Positions 1-13,356 are shown, counted from the first letter of the stretch. The stretch is 64,000 nt of DNA from Octopus sinensis (GCF_006345805.1 NC_042998.1:63240001-63304000), one strand, 5' to 3'. Made by a program: numbers and translations. The notes: generated by a model from the letters alone, not told the origin.

Positions 1-13
1 ATAGATAGATGTA

Positions 14-59
<46 letters not shown>

Positions 60-67
60 TGTATGTA

Positions 68-115
<48 letters not shown>

Positions 116-840
116 CAAAAGGAAGTTGAAGAATAAATGTAGTATGATAATTAGTCATGTCAATTGATCGGCCTGCATTAACGGGGTTGCAGTTAATTGT
201 AATAATACATTAATACATTCAACATATTGCCGAAATCGTTATTCAAAGAAATGCCGACAATGACGACTGAAAATTCTAATGAAGTTCAATAAAATTTTCC
301 AAATTAATTAACTTGTATGTTTTCATACACAACAGCGTTGTGTTTATCGACTATTCTACCTTTGTAGATGCTGGTTTATACAAACAGGTATTAACACTCA
401 GTACCTACATTTCCAAGCACGGCTGTTGCGTAATTTCTATTTGTCTTTCTACTGCTGTTATTCATAGCAAATTTACGACATAATGCTGTTGTATAACCGT
501 TCATTTGACCTTCATTATATTTGCATTGTATGTAAGTCCAGTAGGAATTTAAGGCAAAATTTGTTTTTCACTCGTATCGTCATCTTTCCAAGAGTTTGCT
601 CTTATATCCACTCAAAGTTTGCTTATGCATATGTATATATGTATCTTATATATATACATATCCTTGTATGTAGTATATAAATACAGACACAGACACACAC
701 ACACATACACACGCTCATCACATGCACGAAGATATATACATACACGCGCACGTGTCTACATACACACATAGTTAATGATGTATATAAACAAACTCACTTA
801 GGCTTGCGCTAGTATATATATGTGTGTGTATGTGTGTGTG

Positions 841-905
<65 letters not shown>

Positions 906-982
906 ATGTATATATGTATATGTATGTATGTATGTATGTACGCATGTATGTATGTATGTATGCATGTATGTATATATATATA

Positions 983-1013
<31 letters not shown>

Positions 1014-1196
1014 GTTGACACGTACAGAAAAACAAAAATAAAGAAAGGTGTATGAACAACAAGAAGGTGTAATAGTTTGACGCTCTGGAAAGTGAGAAAG
1101 TTTTTTACGCTTGGAGCCTACGCTCTTCGACAGAAAGGAACAATACAAAATAAACAGAGAAAGAATAAAAACTTTTGGATGTAGCGATCCGCCATG

Positions 1197-1231
<35 letters not shown>

Positions 1232-1239
1232 TTCATATA

Positions 1240-2310
1240 TAACCATACAGATATTTATGTTTACAATGAACAGATTTACATGGAGTACAAAACACACAGA
1301 AAAGTAAAGAAGTGGGCATTATACTTTAGGTCCGACAACTATGTCTGGGGGAATGGTAGGTATTACAGAATAATTATAATTTTGGTAGATGGAGTGTGCA
1401 AAAAGTCAAACATATGCAACCAGTAGTAGATGCATATAAGTATTACAGTACATCCAGCTTCCGTCTTCATGGTAGAGAGATTAACATCTATAAATATATT
1501 TAAGCTTATGCCGGAATGTTCATCTTTTGAACATTTTCAGTTTTTATTTCCTTCTGCATAGACCTTCATATATAAGAGAATATCGTAGTTCGCGGGAAGC
1601 ATTGTGTATTGTTTGTGAAATACAGAGTGGACTATAATAACTGAATAATTTAATTACTCATAGTCTAATATTTCGGAATATAAAAATTCCTTCTACAGAT
1701 ATTGTTAGGAATTAATGGAGTTACTGTTATAGTCGTTTTCCAATAGTTACTGTAATTTGCCGGAAGCGTGTCTGCAGTTGTCTCACGAAGTCACTTCCGG
1801 AAGTCCTCATGAGAGGTGTGTGAGGGCGGTCATGTCTTGAGCTCATATGTGTTGGCATATCCTCAGTGCTGCTTTGAAGTTATGTATTATCCGTGCATAT
1901 TTTTTCTTATATGAGCATGTTACCATCGTGCGTGCAAGGTGTCGATGTTGTTAAATAATATAGTAATTGTTCATTTCCAACCTATTGTTAATTCGGGGCC
2001 CTAGTCTGTCTATGAGGATAGCCTCCTTAATTCTTAAATTTGTAAAATTTCTGTCATCGGTCTCAATCGTGACTGTTATGCTTTTGTCGGTATTCTGGCG
2101 TCTGTCTAGATGTTTTCTGGAGGTGAATGCTTGTGTGTTTCGATGTTCTATGATTAGAATGTGTAATGGTCTTGTTGTTCTACCCACATAACAATGTTAC
2201 ACTTGTTACATTGGATTTTATACTTAAAAATTACACGTTGGCATAAATCTCTGTCACGGATGGAGCAGTTACCTAGTGTGCATTGATAGCTGTCCCTTGC
2301 TCTTTTCTTC
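1240..2310 (-). mobile_element. Decayed Penelope-like element, 3' part (GIY-YIG endonuclease remnant plus pLTR)
   Basis: The minus strand gives CQRVIFKYKIQCNKC..CYVGRTTRPLH..EH...LRIKEAILI..LGPRINNRLE (ORF 1951-2187 and upstream), a PLE GIY-YIG C-terminus. A degenerate hammerhead-like motif lies at ~1660-1703. Confidence 0.75.
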
Positions 2311-2315
2311 GATAA

Positions 2316-2720
2316 GTGTCCTCTCAGAGAGCGGCTGAAGTCATCCTCCTACGCAATCTAAACACACCCACACTATGCAATGGAACTCGCCTTCTAGTCA
2401 AACAAATGATGGGCCACAGCAAAAACGATACCGTTTTCATTCCGAAAATTCCGCTAACACCAACAGACTGCTCCTACCCTATGCATAGATTTCAGTTCCA
2501 TCTCAAATTCAGCTTCGCCATGACAATTTACAAAACACACAGTCAGTCGTTGAAAGTTGTTTGATTGGACGTTCGAACGTCGTGCTTTTCACATGGACAG
2601 TTCTACGTTGGTTGTTCCAGAATTGGCCATCCAGCAACTTATTCATCTATCCACCTGAAGGAGAATAAAAACAAAATGTCTACGAAGCAGTCCTACAGTA
2701 GTTATTACTCAACTACAATC
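2316..2720 (+). mobile_element. Helitron RepHel fragment (PIF1-like helicase C-terminus), internally deleted and disrupted
   Basis: ILLRNLNTPTLCNGTRLLVK, VFIPKIPLTPTD, FQFHLKFSFAMTIYKTHSQSL and CFSHGQFYVGCSR are Helitron/PIF1 helicase motifs. Stop codon at 2562-2564. Confidence 0.85.
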
Positions 2721-3518
2721 TTCACATTAACGCCAAGCTGTAGCCGTTAGCAATCAGACTTCCTGCAAGTATTTCATTATATTATGCTTCACTTCCCTGA
2801 TTAAAAGATTACTTTCAATGACTCTTCTTACTTCACGCACGCTGTTTGCACATAAGCATACTCTGACATGTCTTTTTTTAAATGGCATTATTCTGTGTGT
2901 TTGCTATAAATGCTTGCATTTCTTTATCATGCATAGCTTTCATTGAAATGAAGCTTCAATGCGGTTGTGTCACGTATTACGAGAAACATAAGTACATGAT
3001 GCAAAGCGCTTCAGGTAAGATATAGGATCCCTAATGCCTACTGCAATTGCGATCTCATTTCATGGCATTCCATTTATTACTAACTGCCAAATTTGTGTTC
3101 AAAAAGCTTTGTTCATTATCAGAGTTGCTTAATACCATATCGTAAACTGCTAACGAAAATGGTAATTATATATTTGACGTTTATCAACTTGAAACGACTT
3201 CTAATTGCGAGCTAATTTAACTTAAACCTTCCACAGGACTGCACCATTATAACAAATTATCTGTCCAAAGAACGGATGAATTTCGTAGTGTATATATTAA
3301 ATTCAATTAGAGGTTGTGTTAACCTCATGAAGGGATGGGTTCCTCCAAGAAAATACTGGTTCAATATTCTGCTTAATCAATCCATAAACGTATAAAACAT
3401 CCAAGGGTATATTCTTTTTCCTCTGAAAATATAATGCTCAGCTTATATGCATTTAATATTTATTTAAAATTTACTGAGTATTAAGTGAATAACTTCCCAA
3501 TCTCCATTTTCTTTTCTT

Positions 3519-3562
<44 letters not shown>

Positions 3563-3573
3563 AATCGATAGAT

Positions 3574-3645
<72 letters not shown>

Positions 3646-4531
3646 GGATAGATAGATAGATAGATAGATGATTGGATGGATGGATAGATAGAGATGTATT
3701 TCTGTATTAATAAAAAAATCTCTTTTCATCACCGCCTGGTTCCTTTAGACCCATAAATGATTCCCTTACTTATTTTACTCGTAATTCATTACTTTTCCTC
3801 TATCAAGATTATCATCATAATCGTAATGTTCTGCAGGCTTCATTCCTTCAGTGAACCTGTTTCATGTTGGCTAGAAAGAACATTCTGAAACTAAAAATCA
3901 GCGTGATTTTCGTTCAGAGAAAACACAAAAGGTTGCTTGCAAGTTAATCGAGTTTATTTACGAGCAGGCCCATTATATTGATTTACAACAACTTTTAATG
4001 ATTATTTTCGTCTTCATTATGCAGTTATATGTTTGATTTATGGCCTGTTTTATGAGTCTCGGACTGAAGCGTTCATCGTTTACACATTACATCATTTACC
4101 GAAAGCAACGCAAAATTGGGCATAACATTTTTTTATTAATTGAACAGGTCGTTGAAATTGATAAACACGGTAGTAGAAATGTTTCTCAGTACAAGATACT
4201 ATTTAACAAAATGTGCACTACAACTAGTACATTTGAGCCATCGTTGCATATGGCTATTGAATTTGCTTTCAAAACTCATGTGTGCGGCGTGGCTGTGTGG
4301 TAAAATATTTACTTCCCAGAACATGGTTCCGCGTTCTGTTTCACTCCGTGGTACCTTATGCATTGTGTGTCCTCTTCATGGACATCTGATCTTGAAGCAG
4401 ATGTACTTCGAGAGGATACGGCTTGGATTTTAGAGCTTTCTACATTATAGATATACCGATGGTGCCCCAGCATGACCGCAGCTTTGAAGCCGAAACATTT
4501 TATAGAATATACGTGTGTTTGTGCGTGTGAG

Positions 4532-4574
<43 letters not shown>

Positions 4575-4632
4575 TGTGTGTGTGTGCGTGTGTGTCTGTA
4601 TGTGTGTCTGTATATATATATATATATATATA

Positions 4633-5600
4633 TGAATAAATAAATGGAGTTTAACGCAGGTGTAATCAAATATTTTTACTTTCGACACATGTTTCGAAAA
4701 TTCCACTGATACTATTCAAAAGAATACATGGTATAAACAATGGTATAAAAATGATGGATTTGTATAGCGATAGACAGAACGCTATTAATATTGTTTAAAA
4801 AAACGTTATATGATATAACGTCATGAGTAGCTAACAGAAAGAGTAGGGATATCAATAGTGAATGTTAAATATAAAGGAAATTAAAGTTTAAATTATATAT
4901 AATGATAGAGACTACTTATATGCACTAAATGTATGTTTACTAGAGTATTTTTAGAAAAAAATAATGAAAAATAGCTCAGAATTGCAAAGAAGACAGAATT
5001 TCTATCCATTACTCAGCATTTAGGGATAGAAATAAACGTAATAGTACCGGTCTCAGTAAACTGATTTGGGATTTAAAAGACCACATTGACCAATTTCATT
5101 TAGAATGGTTGATTCTCTCAATTTCGATACCATATGACAAGGCAAGAAATTCTGTCTTCTTTGCAATTCAGAACTATTTTTCATTATTTTTTCTAAAAAT
5201 ACTCGGTTATAGAGCGAGCATACACATGTAAGCATTGGCAAAAACATACATTTAGTGCATATAGGTAGTCTCTATCATTATATATAATTCAAACTTTAAT
5301 TTCCTTTATATTTAACATTCACTATTGGTATCCCTACTCTTTCTGTTAGCTACGTATGACGTTATATCATATAACGTTATTTTAAACAATATTAATAGCG
5401 TTCTGTCTATCGCTATACAAATCCATCATTTTTTGCTAAAATGTCTTATTGACAAGTTTCGCTGTTTTCTCTTTCCTGAGGAGAAGATTGCATTGTTTAT
5501 ATCATTTATTCTTCTGTATAATATCATTGGATTTTCGAAACATGTGTTGAAAGTAAAAATATTTGATTACACCTACGTTAAACTCCATTTATTTAGTCAT
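4633..5600 (+). mobile_element. 5'-truncated Penelope-like element with an inverted copy of its 3' end
   Basis: 5007-5240 translates with frameshifts to HYSAFRDRNKRNSTGLSKLIWDLKD..LEWLIL..PYDK..FCLLCNSELFFI..CKH (PLE GIY-YIG tail). 4633-5003 is the reverse complement of ~5145-5598 with indels. Confidence 0.75.
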
Positions 5601-5765
5601 ATATTATTCAAAATATTCAACGTAAACACGAAGTTTCTACCTTTATAAACAAGGAGTTACAACATCTTTACTTGTGAGATTTTTCTACCCTGGTAACTAT
5701 TTATTTATTTTTTCCGTGTTAATTGTTAACAAGGTAAAAATACACTCATCTATATATATATATGT

Positions 5766-5944
5766 ATGACAGAGGGTGTTAGAACACCTACAATGCTAGA
5801 AATGATAGCTAAAGTGCTCTGATACTGCAGTCAAAGCACATATAATTGTATACATACATATAAAATTATGTGCACTGACTACAGTATGAGAGCACTTTAG
5901 CTCATATCTCTAGCATTGTTGGTGTTCTAGCACCCTCTGTCATA
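5766..5944. repeat. Near-perfect inverted repeat/hairpin (~80-bp arms, ~17-bp spacer), MITE- or foldback-like
   Basis: tatgacagagggtgttagaacacc...cacatataatt pairs with aattatgtgcac...ggtgttctagcaccctctgtcata. Confidence 0.85.
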
Positions 5945-6964
5945 TTACAATTTTCCTTTTTGGTGATACATTGCTAAAACGCTGCCTTATTTAATTATAT
6001 AGACATACATACATGTATATATGAATCCTTATTGATATATATATATATACACCAATATATACATATGCATATTAGTATGTGTGTGGGGAGGGTGATGTTG
6101 CATACATGTGTGTGTTTTGTGTGATGTATGTGCACATTAACCTCTGTGGTTGCATTCCAGTACAATTAAATAAACATGAAATGAAGATACACATGCTGCT
6201 CTTATTTCTTAAGAATATTCTGTTTGGGAAATCATAACTAAACATCTGCCACTAAAATAAACAAAGATTAATGAGGTATTAATGGTAATTTACAGTTTGA
6301 TTCGATGTCTGTAAAACCTAGCCTCGAATTTAAGATATAATATTATGTCGCATTCTGTTGAACAGGAATTAATCATTCCAAGTTTCATCGGCAATATTTT
6401 TTGGTGAACAGACACAGAAATAAATTTTGAAGTAAAAAGTTGTTAAATATGTAGCTGTAGATGTTTGCAACAAGCATAATAGCTTGTATATAACAAATAC
6501 ACTGAAAATGTCTGTTAATTGTTTAGAATCAGTGGCGTTAGTTCAATAACACTGAACGACAGACGAAAGAGGAAGAAAAACGACAGGAAAGAAAATGGAG
6601 GCTGCAACTACCAAAGTCTACACGAGGGATCCGTTGTGAGCTTTGCAACAGACACTCCCATGCAAGAATCGACCTCATTAGTCTCCAGAGGCATGAACAT
6701 GGACAGAGGGGAAGAAGTGGTCAAGAAGAAACCAAATAAATTATCGGACATACGATAAAACGCTGACGACGTCATTTGGTGAGATGTAGTTCAAAATTTA
6801 TTGATCTGAAATGAACTCTTGTAAAGGAATGTGAAAATTCCCTATGAGTTAGTGCATCAATGCCAAGCGTGTTGCTTGTGCACAGTAGCCTGTTATGATA
6901 ATGAAATCGGGAGAGAAATGACACTTTCGCAATTTTGAGGATTATCATAATAAATACACACGAA

Positions 6965-7004
<40 letters not shown>

Positions 7005-7005
<1 letters not shown>

Positions 7006-7182
7006 TTATCCCTTACTTGTTTCAGTCAATAGACTGCGACCAGTCAGGAGCACCGTCTTGTGAATTTTAGTTAAAAGAATAGACCGTCCCCCCACCACTT
7101 TTTAACCGGTTTGTTTTGCTGAACCAAAAATTACGGTTATGTAAACCCACCAATACCCCTATCAGGTAGGGTGGACACGCAT

Positions 7183-7233
<51 letters not shown>

Positions 7234-7445
7234 TAAACACACACACACACAAACACACACACAAACACACACACATACACGTCGGGTTTCTTACAGTTTT
7301 CGTCTGTTAAATCCACTCACAAGGATTTGGTCTGCTCGAGGCCATAGTAGAAGACACTTGCACAAGGTACCACACAGTGGGATTGAACCCGGAACCATAT
7401 GGTTGGGTAGCAAGCTTCGTAGCACACAGCCACGCCTCTGCCTAT
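7005..7445 (-). mobile_element. SINE-A (tRNA-derived, CORE-like motif, internal (CA)n)
   Basis: Reverse complement of the family consensus ggcgcaggagtggctgtgtggtaag...ggttcaatccc...ccttgggcaagt...gactgaaacaagtaa seen repeatedly in this window. Confidence 0.85.
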
Positions 7446-7457
7446 TTGATATCATTG

Positions 7458-7855
7458 TCAGGGCGGTGAGCTGGCAGAATCATTAGCACGCCGGACAAAA
7501 TACTTAGCGGTATTTCCGCCGATGTCGACTTTGCCTTTCATCCTTTCGGGGTCGATTAAATAAGTACTAGTTACGCACTGGGGTCGATATAATCGACTTA
7601 ACCTCTTTGTCTGTCCTTGTCTGTTCACTCTGTGTTTAGCCCCTTGTGGGCAGCAAAGAAAAAGAAATAGTTATTTCGCCTGCCGTTACAATCTGAATTC
7701 ATATTCCGTAGAGCTCGACTTTGCCTTTCATCCTTCCGGGGTCGACCAAATAAGTACCAGTTACGCAAGGGGAGTCGTTGTAATCGACTTAATACCTTTG
7801 TCTGTCCTTTTTTGTACCCTCTATGTTTAGCCCACTGTGGGCAATAAAGAAGTAT
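7458..7855 (+). mobile_element. SINE-B (Nin-like domain), tandem dimer with type-2 tail
   Basis: Head ggcggtgagctggcagaatcattagc, then two copies of gtcgactttgcctttcatcctt(t)cggggtcga...tagcccc..tgtgggca.aaagaa. Flanked by the 9-bp repeat atatcattg (7449-7457, 7856-7864). Confidence 0.85.
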
Positions 7856-7907
7856 ATATCATTGCTAAAACTCGCTTGAATACTATAAATTCAGTAAATG
7901 ACAATAT

Positions 7908-8217
7908 CTATTTATGTACCCTTTTCAAGAGCAGCCAGGCTCATGGGCTCGTTTCCCGGTTTCTGTGGCGCATGTGCTCCCCCAAGCTGGACGGGACGCC
8001 AGTCCATTGCAGCGTTACCCACAAAACAGGAAAAGAGAGTGAGAGAAAGTCGGGGCGAACGAGTACAACAGAGGTCGCTGCCACCGCCTGCCGGAGCCTC
8101 GAGGAGTTTTAGGTGTTTTCGCTCGATGAACACATAATAACGCCCGGTCAGGGAATCGAAACCGTGATCCTCCAACCGTGAGTCCGTTGCCCTAACCACT
8201 GGGCCATTGCACCTCCC
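7908..8217 (-). mobile_element. tRNA-derived SINE with a V-domain-like motif (SINE-C)
   Basis: Minus strand has A box tggcccagtggttagg, B box ggtttcgattccc, and ctgcaatggactggcgtcccgtccag, which resembles the V-SINE conserved domain. Confidence 0.7.
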
Positions 8218-8676
8218 AATGATGATATATCTTATGTATTGTGAGTTTTAGTGAGTTTCCGCTGAAAAAGAGATAAAGTAAATCGATTCAGATTTGAACT
8301 TATGCATAGGACTGCAAGCAAATAGAATATTACTTAGTAATATGGATGCCTTATCATAACAGTAATTAGTAAGTATACAATGCTGATCTGAATGGACTTT
8401 CTGTTGATTGAATGTACTTCCTTTTGAGAAATACATATATTGTTTATGTTCATATATTTGCGTCAATGACCTGAAAAAGTTCCTTTTATAGCAGATATTT
8501 TAAGAGACGGATTCGATAAACACCAGACTTATTCAATTGCCTCTTTCGGCCGATTCTTTAATTTTCAGGAGGTGAGCAGGCGAACACTGTTTGTCAGGTA
8601 CGAAGTCACTATCACTAATAAACACGCACACACACACATACGTACATACATACGTACATACATATAATATATATAT

Positions 8677-8707
<31 letters not shown>

Positions 8708-8740
8708 TATATATGCATATATATATATGCACACATATAT

Positions 8741-8946
8741 ACAAGGGGCTGCTGGAAGATTCCTGGCTTTGGGTAAGATAAAATACAAGACTTTATTCAA
8801 CATCTTCCCCTCTCAGATTCACACATTTATTGCAACGGTCCTTCATGTTTTCTATGCCATGTAAAAGATATAAGAAATCGGAAGGTTGGGCCTCGCAGGA
8901 GATCTTTTCGTGATACCCTTAAAGCCAGGAATTTTCAGTACTCCTA
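8741..8946. mobile_element. Mariner-type MITE (~200 bp)
   Basis: TIRs aggggctgctggaagattcctggcttt / aaagccaggaattttcagtactcct. A second copy lies at 20586-20780. Confidence 0.7.
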
Positions 8947-9089
8947 AAACCTGTCACAAATTGTTGGCCCTCTCTGGCTATTAAGAAGACACTTGTTTAA
9001 TGTACTGCAAAGTGAAACGGAACACGAAGCCTTTAGTTACAAAGCGAGCTTCTTAGTTTCATTGTTATGCCAGAATCCACATGTATTTA

Positions 9090-9303
9090 GGCGGTGAGCT
9101 AGCAGAAACGTTAGAACGCCAGGCGAAATGCTTAGCAGTATTTCATCTGCCTTTACGTTTTGAGTTCAAATTCCACGGTGGTCGACTTTGCCTTTCATCT
9201 TTTCCGGGTCGATAAATTAAGTACTAGTTGCGTACTGAGGTCGATCTAATCGACTGGCCATCTCTCGAAAAATTTCGGGCCTTATGCTTAGAGTAAAAAA
9301 AGT
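9090..9303 (+). mobile_element. SINE-B monomer, type-1 tail, 15-bp TSD
   Basis: Full head, Nin-like core and tail gggccttatgcttagagtaaaa. TSD atccacatgtattta at 9075-9089 and 9304-9318. Confidence 0.9.
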
Positions 9304-11239
9304 ATCCACATGTATTTAAAATGATGTATTAGATGTATAGGTGACGCGAAAGAAGTGTGAACAAAACAATACTTCCATTTTGCATTCTTTCGTTCTATAC
9401 CACGACTCGCCGTAAAGTGTGAAATATCGATATTATTCTGAAGCATTTTACTCGAAAAGCAGTATATATTTTCATAATTGAAGACAGACTACGATAAGAT
9501 CTATTTAAAAGTAAGTATTAAATCCACTATAAATGTCGAAATGATAATAGCTTGCAAATATATTATAGAATCGAAATTGATACTTATATTGCAATGAAAC
9601 ACGAGTAGAAGACAATTACGAAAGGGAAATGTTTAATGCACAAACAATGACGCAAATTATGTCAGGAAATTGAAGAGTTGTTTCTTAATAGAATCTGAAG
9701 AAATATTAAATATTTCAATTGAGATATCAGAAGAAAGAAATTCTATCTTCGAAATGATAAAGGCAGAAACATATGCAAAGAAGGAAATAAGAACTGGCAG
9801 TGTGAAAATTGTTTGAAACAGATAGGGAAAATATTACCACAAGATGATGATACGTATAGTGATTAACCTACCACAGTATAAATATTTGATAACAGGCATT
9901 GCGTCAATTGTTGTTGTTAAGTTCTACTGGACATATTTAGATTTCATCGTCGTTATATATATTAAAGCAGAGTCTATAAGATTAAATCTTCAAAGCGCAA
10001 CCAAATTACGCTGGCTTAATTTTCTCTGGGTTCCTGTTTGTTATGCTTCAACGACAAGTGAAGCGCTGAAAATTTACTAATCGGTGGTGGTGGTGGTGGA
10101 TGTTGAAGTGATGAGACAGTGTAGTATACTTTTTCCTGTACTTCGTTTTACATCGTACGTTAAAATGACATCCCAGGTAACATTTGTGACATGCAAGTGC
10201 AAACATTACTGCCGCGTAATTGATTTTAGAATTACACTTGTATGGATGAAGAATAGCCGTACACTGAAGTGTTTATTGGCATCTTCCCTTGTCCAGTTTG
10301 ATTAAGCTTAATGATTTTAGGCTTACGCCCACGGAGTGTTTTGTGATATTAGTCGTTTCTATTTGGCTTACCTTTTTTATTCTGCTTCGGTAAATAAGAC
10401 ATGTTAGGAGAGGCTGTGTGTATACATAATAAATTTCACCACATTTCTTACAGAAACGTTCGAGAAAATACCAGTAAGTAAAGCTATTAGATATGTGAGA
10501 GTGGGATAATACCTAATGGTATTCACTGCATATGCTTAACTCCAAGCAAAAGAGAATAGGATATAAATGATAAGCACGTAATGTACGCAATACAAATTGT
10601 TTGGCACCTGAGAATATATTTTGTCATTAAATCATGACTTAAAATCGATTGGAAAATTTTCAATTTTGAGAAGAACAAATATCAGTATTGCATTGCTCTA
10701 CAATGTAAGGAACTCGATTCTCAAAACTGGTTCCTTGGTATAAGGTCTACAAGATATCGAGGAATATTTAAATTCAATGTGAATTTGAAATAAGGATATT
10801 GTTACCTGGAAGTAGAACAACCCTATTCGTTGGCTCCTAATGGACTGTACCACAATATAAATGGACGCATGCAGGGTGCCTGCAGGGCAGTGTAAAGCCG
10901 AGAATTGCATATTGTCGAAGGTTATTACCTGTAACATGAGTAGAACGATTTGCAAGGACATCGTACCTCATACGTGGGATACAACAGAAATGCATTATAC
11001 AAAAAGGAATTGCAATAGTTGTTTACTTAAAAATGACTATGATTTCGTTTGACACAACTCGCTGAAATAAAATATTACTAAGATGATCTACATACTTTTC
11101 GCTAGGAGCATGTGATCGCTTGGAAGTGGAGTCTCATAAGTATGCATACGACGGTGTACATATATATATATACATACATACATATAGAAATGTGTGTGTG
11201 TGTGTGTGTGTACATATATGTATATACGCATGCATATGG

Positions 11240-11390
11240 TACGTGACTGTGTGGTAAAAAGGTTGCTTCTCAACCACATGTTTACGGGTTGTTCCTGACT
11301 GCGTGGCAACTTGGGCAAGTGATTTCCACTAGAGCCTCGAGTCGACAAAAATCTTGTAAGTGGATTTGGTAGACCGAAACTGAAAGAAGG
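11240..11390 (+). mobile_element. SINE-A 5' part
   Basis: gtgactgtgtggtaaa...aaccacatg...ttgggcaagtg...gtggatttggtagac. Confidence 0.8.
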
Positions 11391-11572
11391 AAAATGCCAC
11401 TTGTATTTGAACACTATGCAAATATACTTTTAATAAACGTTACTGTGAAATGTTTCCCAAATTTAATTGTTATCCTTATTTACAGTTGAGAAAGTCTCAA
11501 TGACTGAAAGCGGTACTAAAATGTCTTTTTATAAAATTATTCTAGCATTTTCTATCTTGACTTCCCCTCTCC
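11385..11572. repeat. Short interspersed repeat (inverted copy at ~60809-60975), possibly PLE pLTR-derived
   Basis: aagaaggaaaatgccacttgtatttgaacacta...cattttctatcttgacttcc matches the reverse complement of 60809-60975. Both copies abut (TA)n. Confidence 0.65.
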
Positions 11573-11603
<31 letters not shown>

Positions 11604-11619
11604 AATTCGTTAGCTACTG

Positions 11620-11805
11620 CACGCATTTTTTTTCTCTCCTTCTTTCTGTGTTTTTCTCTCTCTGTGTATCTTTCTGTTGAAGAGCGTAGGCTCGAAACGT
11701 TAAAGACTTGTTTTATTTATATTTCCTGAGCGCCATACTAATACAATTGTTCGTTTGTTTTCCCCTGCCTTCGTCTTTTGTTTATTTTCATAAAGCTTCC
11801 CGTTA
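11620..11805 (+). repeat. Short (TA)n-embedded repeat with a hammerhead-like core; related copies ~1015-1195 (-), 19860-19985, 46790-46880, 62150-62255
   Basis: Shared motif ctgttgaagagcgtaggctcgaaacgt(t)aaagac. Confidence 0.6.
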
Positions 11806-11828
11806 TATATATATATATGTTATGTATA

Positions 11829-11871
<43 letters not shown>

Positions 11872-11913
11872 GTATGTGTATATATATATATATATATATG
11901 TCTCTCTCTCTCT

Positions 11914-11949
<36 letters not shown>

Positions 11950-11952
<3 letters not shown>

Positions 11953-12085
11953 ATGGAATTCTTTAAATTTCTGTCTACCGATCTACTCACAAGGCTTTGG
12001 TCGGCCAGGCTATAGTAGGAGACACTTGTCCAAGGTGCCATGCAGTGGGAATGAACCCAGAGACATGTGGTTGGTAAGCAAGCTA
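11950..12085 (-). mobile_element. SINE-A, 3' portion of the copy split by ORF1-only element 1 (head at 14640-14676)
   Basis: Sequence ...catgtggttggtaagcaagcta resumes at 14640 as taagcaagctacttaccacacagccactactgcgcc. Confidence 0.9.
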
Positions 12086-12376
12086 TTTTATATCATTATA
12101 TTTGGCATAAATGCAGTACATAGAGTATAGTGGCTTTGAGGGCTGGACAAGGACATTAATGTAATGAATGATAACGAAGAAAGGATGATAAGAACGGGAG
12201 AAGACAAAAAGAACCCGTCGGCTTTTGCTTCTCTAAAACAGTGTTTTTAAAAGCAAACACAAAATGAGGTATTAAACCTCTTACAACTTTTACAATTTTT
12301 TAACTTAACTGTCCATTACAAACGACATCATAGTTCAATAATCACATATAATATCTATAAATATTATGCACAAATC

Positions 12377-13306
12377 TCAATCATCCTCCTCCCCGACCAG
12401 GCTGTACGCCTCCCTTAGGCAATGCTCCAGATCCAGGTCGGGGCCCCAGGAAGCGTATCTAAACATGTCCATCGAGAATGGGTCCATCAACCTGACCAGA
12501 GCGACATCCGATATGAATTTCGTAGTCACCTGCGAAGGCCATTTCTCGTCCTCTGTCCAGAGCATGGGTTCCCCCCTCCAGTAATCCAGCTTCTCTACAT
12601 AGCTCTATATTGCACTGAAGAAGATGATAAAATCATATCTCCTGGGAGGGGCCGCTGTTTCCTCTGTCGGTGGCACACATCCATCAACAAAGTTTCCAAG
12701 CATGCTCACAATTCACTATCAACCGCCGGCAAAATCCCGTTGTTTTTCGTTTCCCCTTTTGCTTTACGACGGGAGGGTGGAGTTCCTCCGTCTTGTCTGA
12801 AGTCCTTCCATTTCTTCCACTGCCTTAGGATCCATTGGCAGGCAACCATTGATGTCCACTTTCTTTTTCTCTCTTTTTTGAGAGGTTTGCCACCCATTCG
12901 ATTTCCCCCCTCTATTCCTCCAATGGGGGAACAGGGGGCTCGTCTTCTATTAACGCTCCAGGACATTTGCTTGGCCCCGATGGCAGCTCGTCTTCATGTG
13001 GCCTAATTGCAGGCACAGATGAGACCTGGGGAGTGTCCCTCAAGGATCACCGGGTACTTGGAACCGCCGATTACTCTTTTACTTCTTTCAGTCATTTGAT
13101 TGCGGCCATGCTGGTGCACCGCCTTTAGTCGAGAAAATCGATCCCAGGACTTATTCTTTGTAAGCCTAGTACTTATTCTATCGGTCTCCTTTGTCGAACC
13201 GCTAGGATACGGGGACGTAAGCACACCAGCATCGGTTGTCAAGCGATGTTGGGGGGACAAACACAGACGCACAAAGGCACACACATACACATACACACAC
13301 ACAACA

Positions 13307-13356
<50 letters not shown>

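Noticed and set aside
2937-3014. Candidate 78-bp exon (ag...CAG|gtaaga, open frame FIEMKLQCGCVTYYEKHKYMMQSAS)
   Set aside because: No recognisable protein or partner exons, and such signals arise by chance. It would need RNA-seq support.
12135-12160. Resemblance of the ORF1-only 3' end (tgtccttgtccagccc) to the SINE-B type-2 tail (tgtccttgt...tagcccc)
   Set aside because: The match is too short to claim a shared helper LINE without an alignment of consensus sequences.
12422-13006. 194-aa plus-strand ORF; also minus-strand ORFs 29499-30152
   Set aside because: Antisense shadows of the GC-rich ORF1 remnants.
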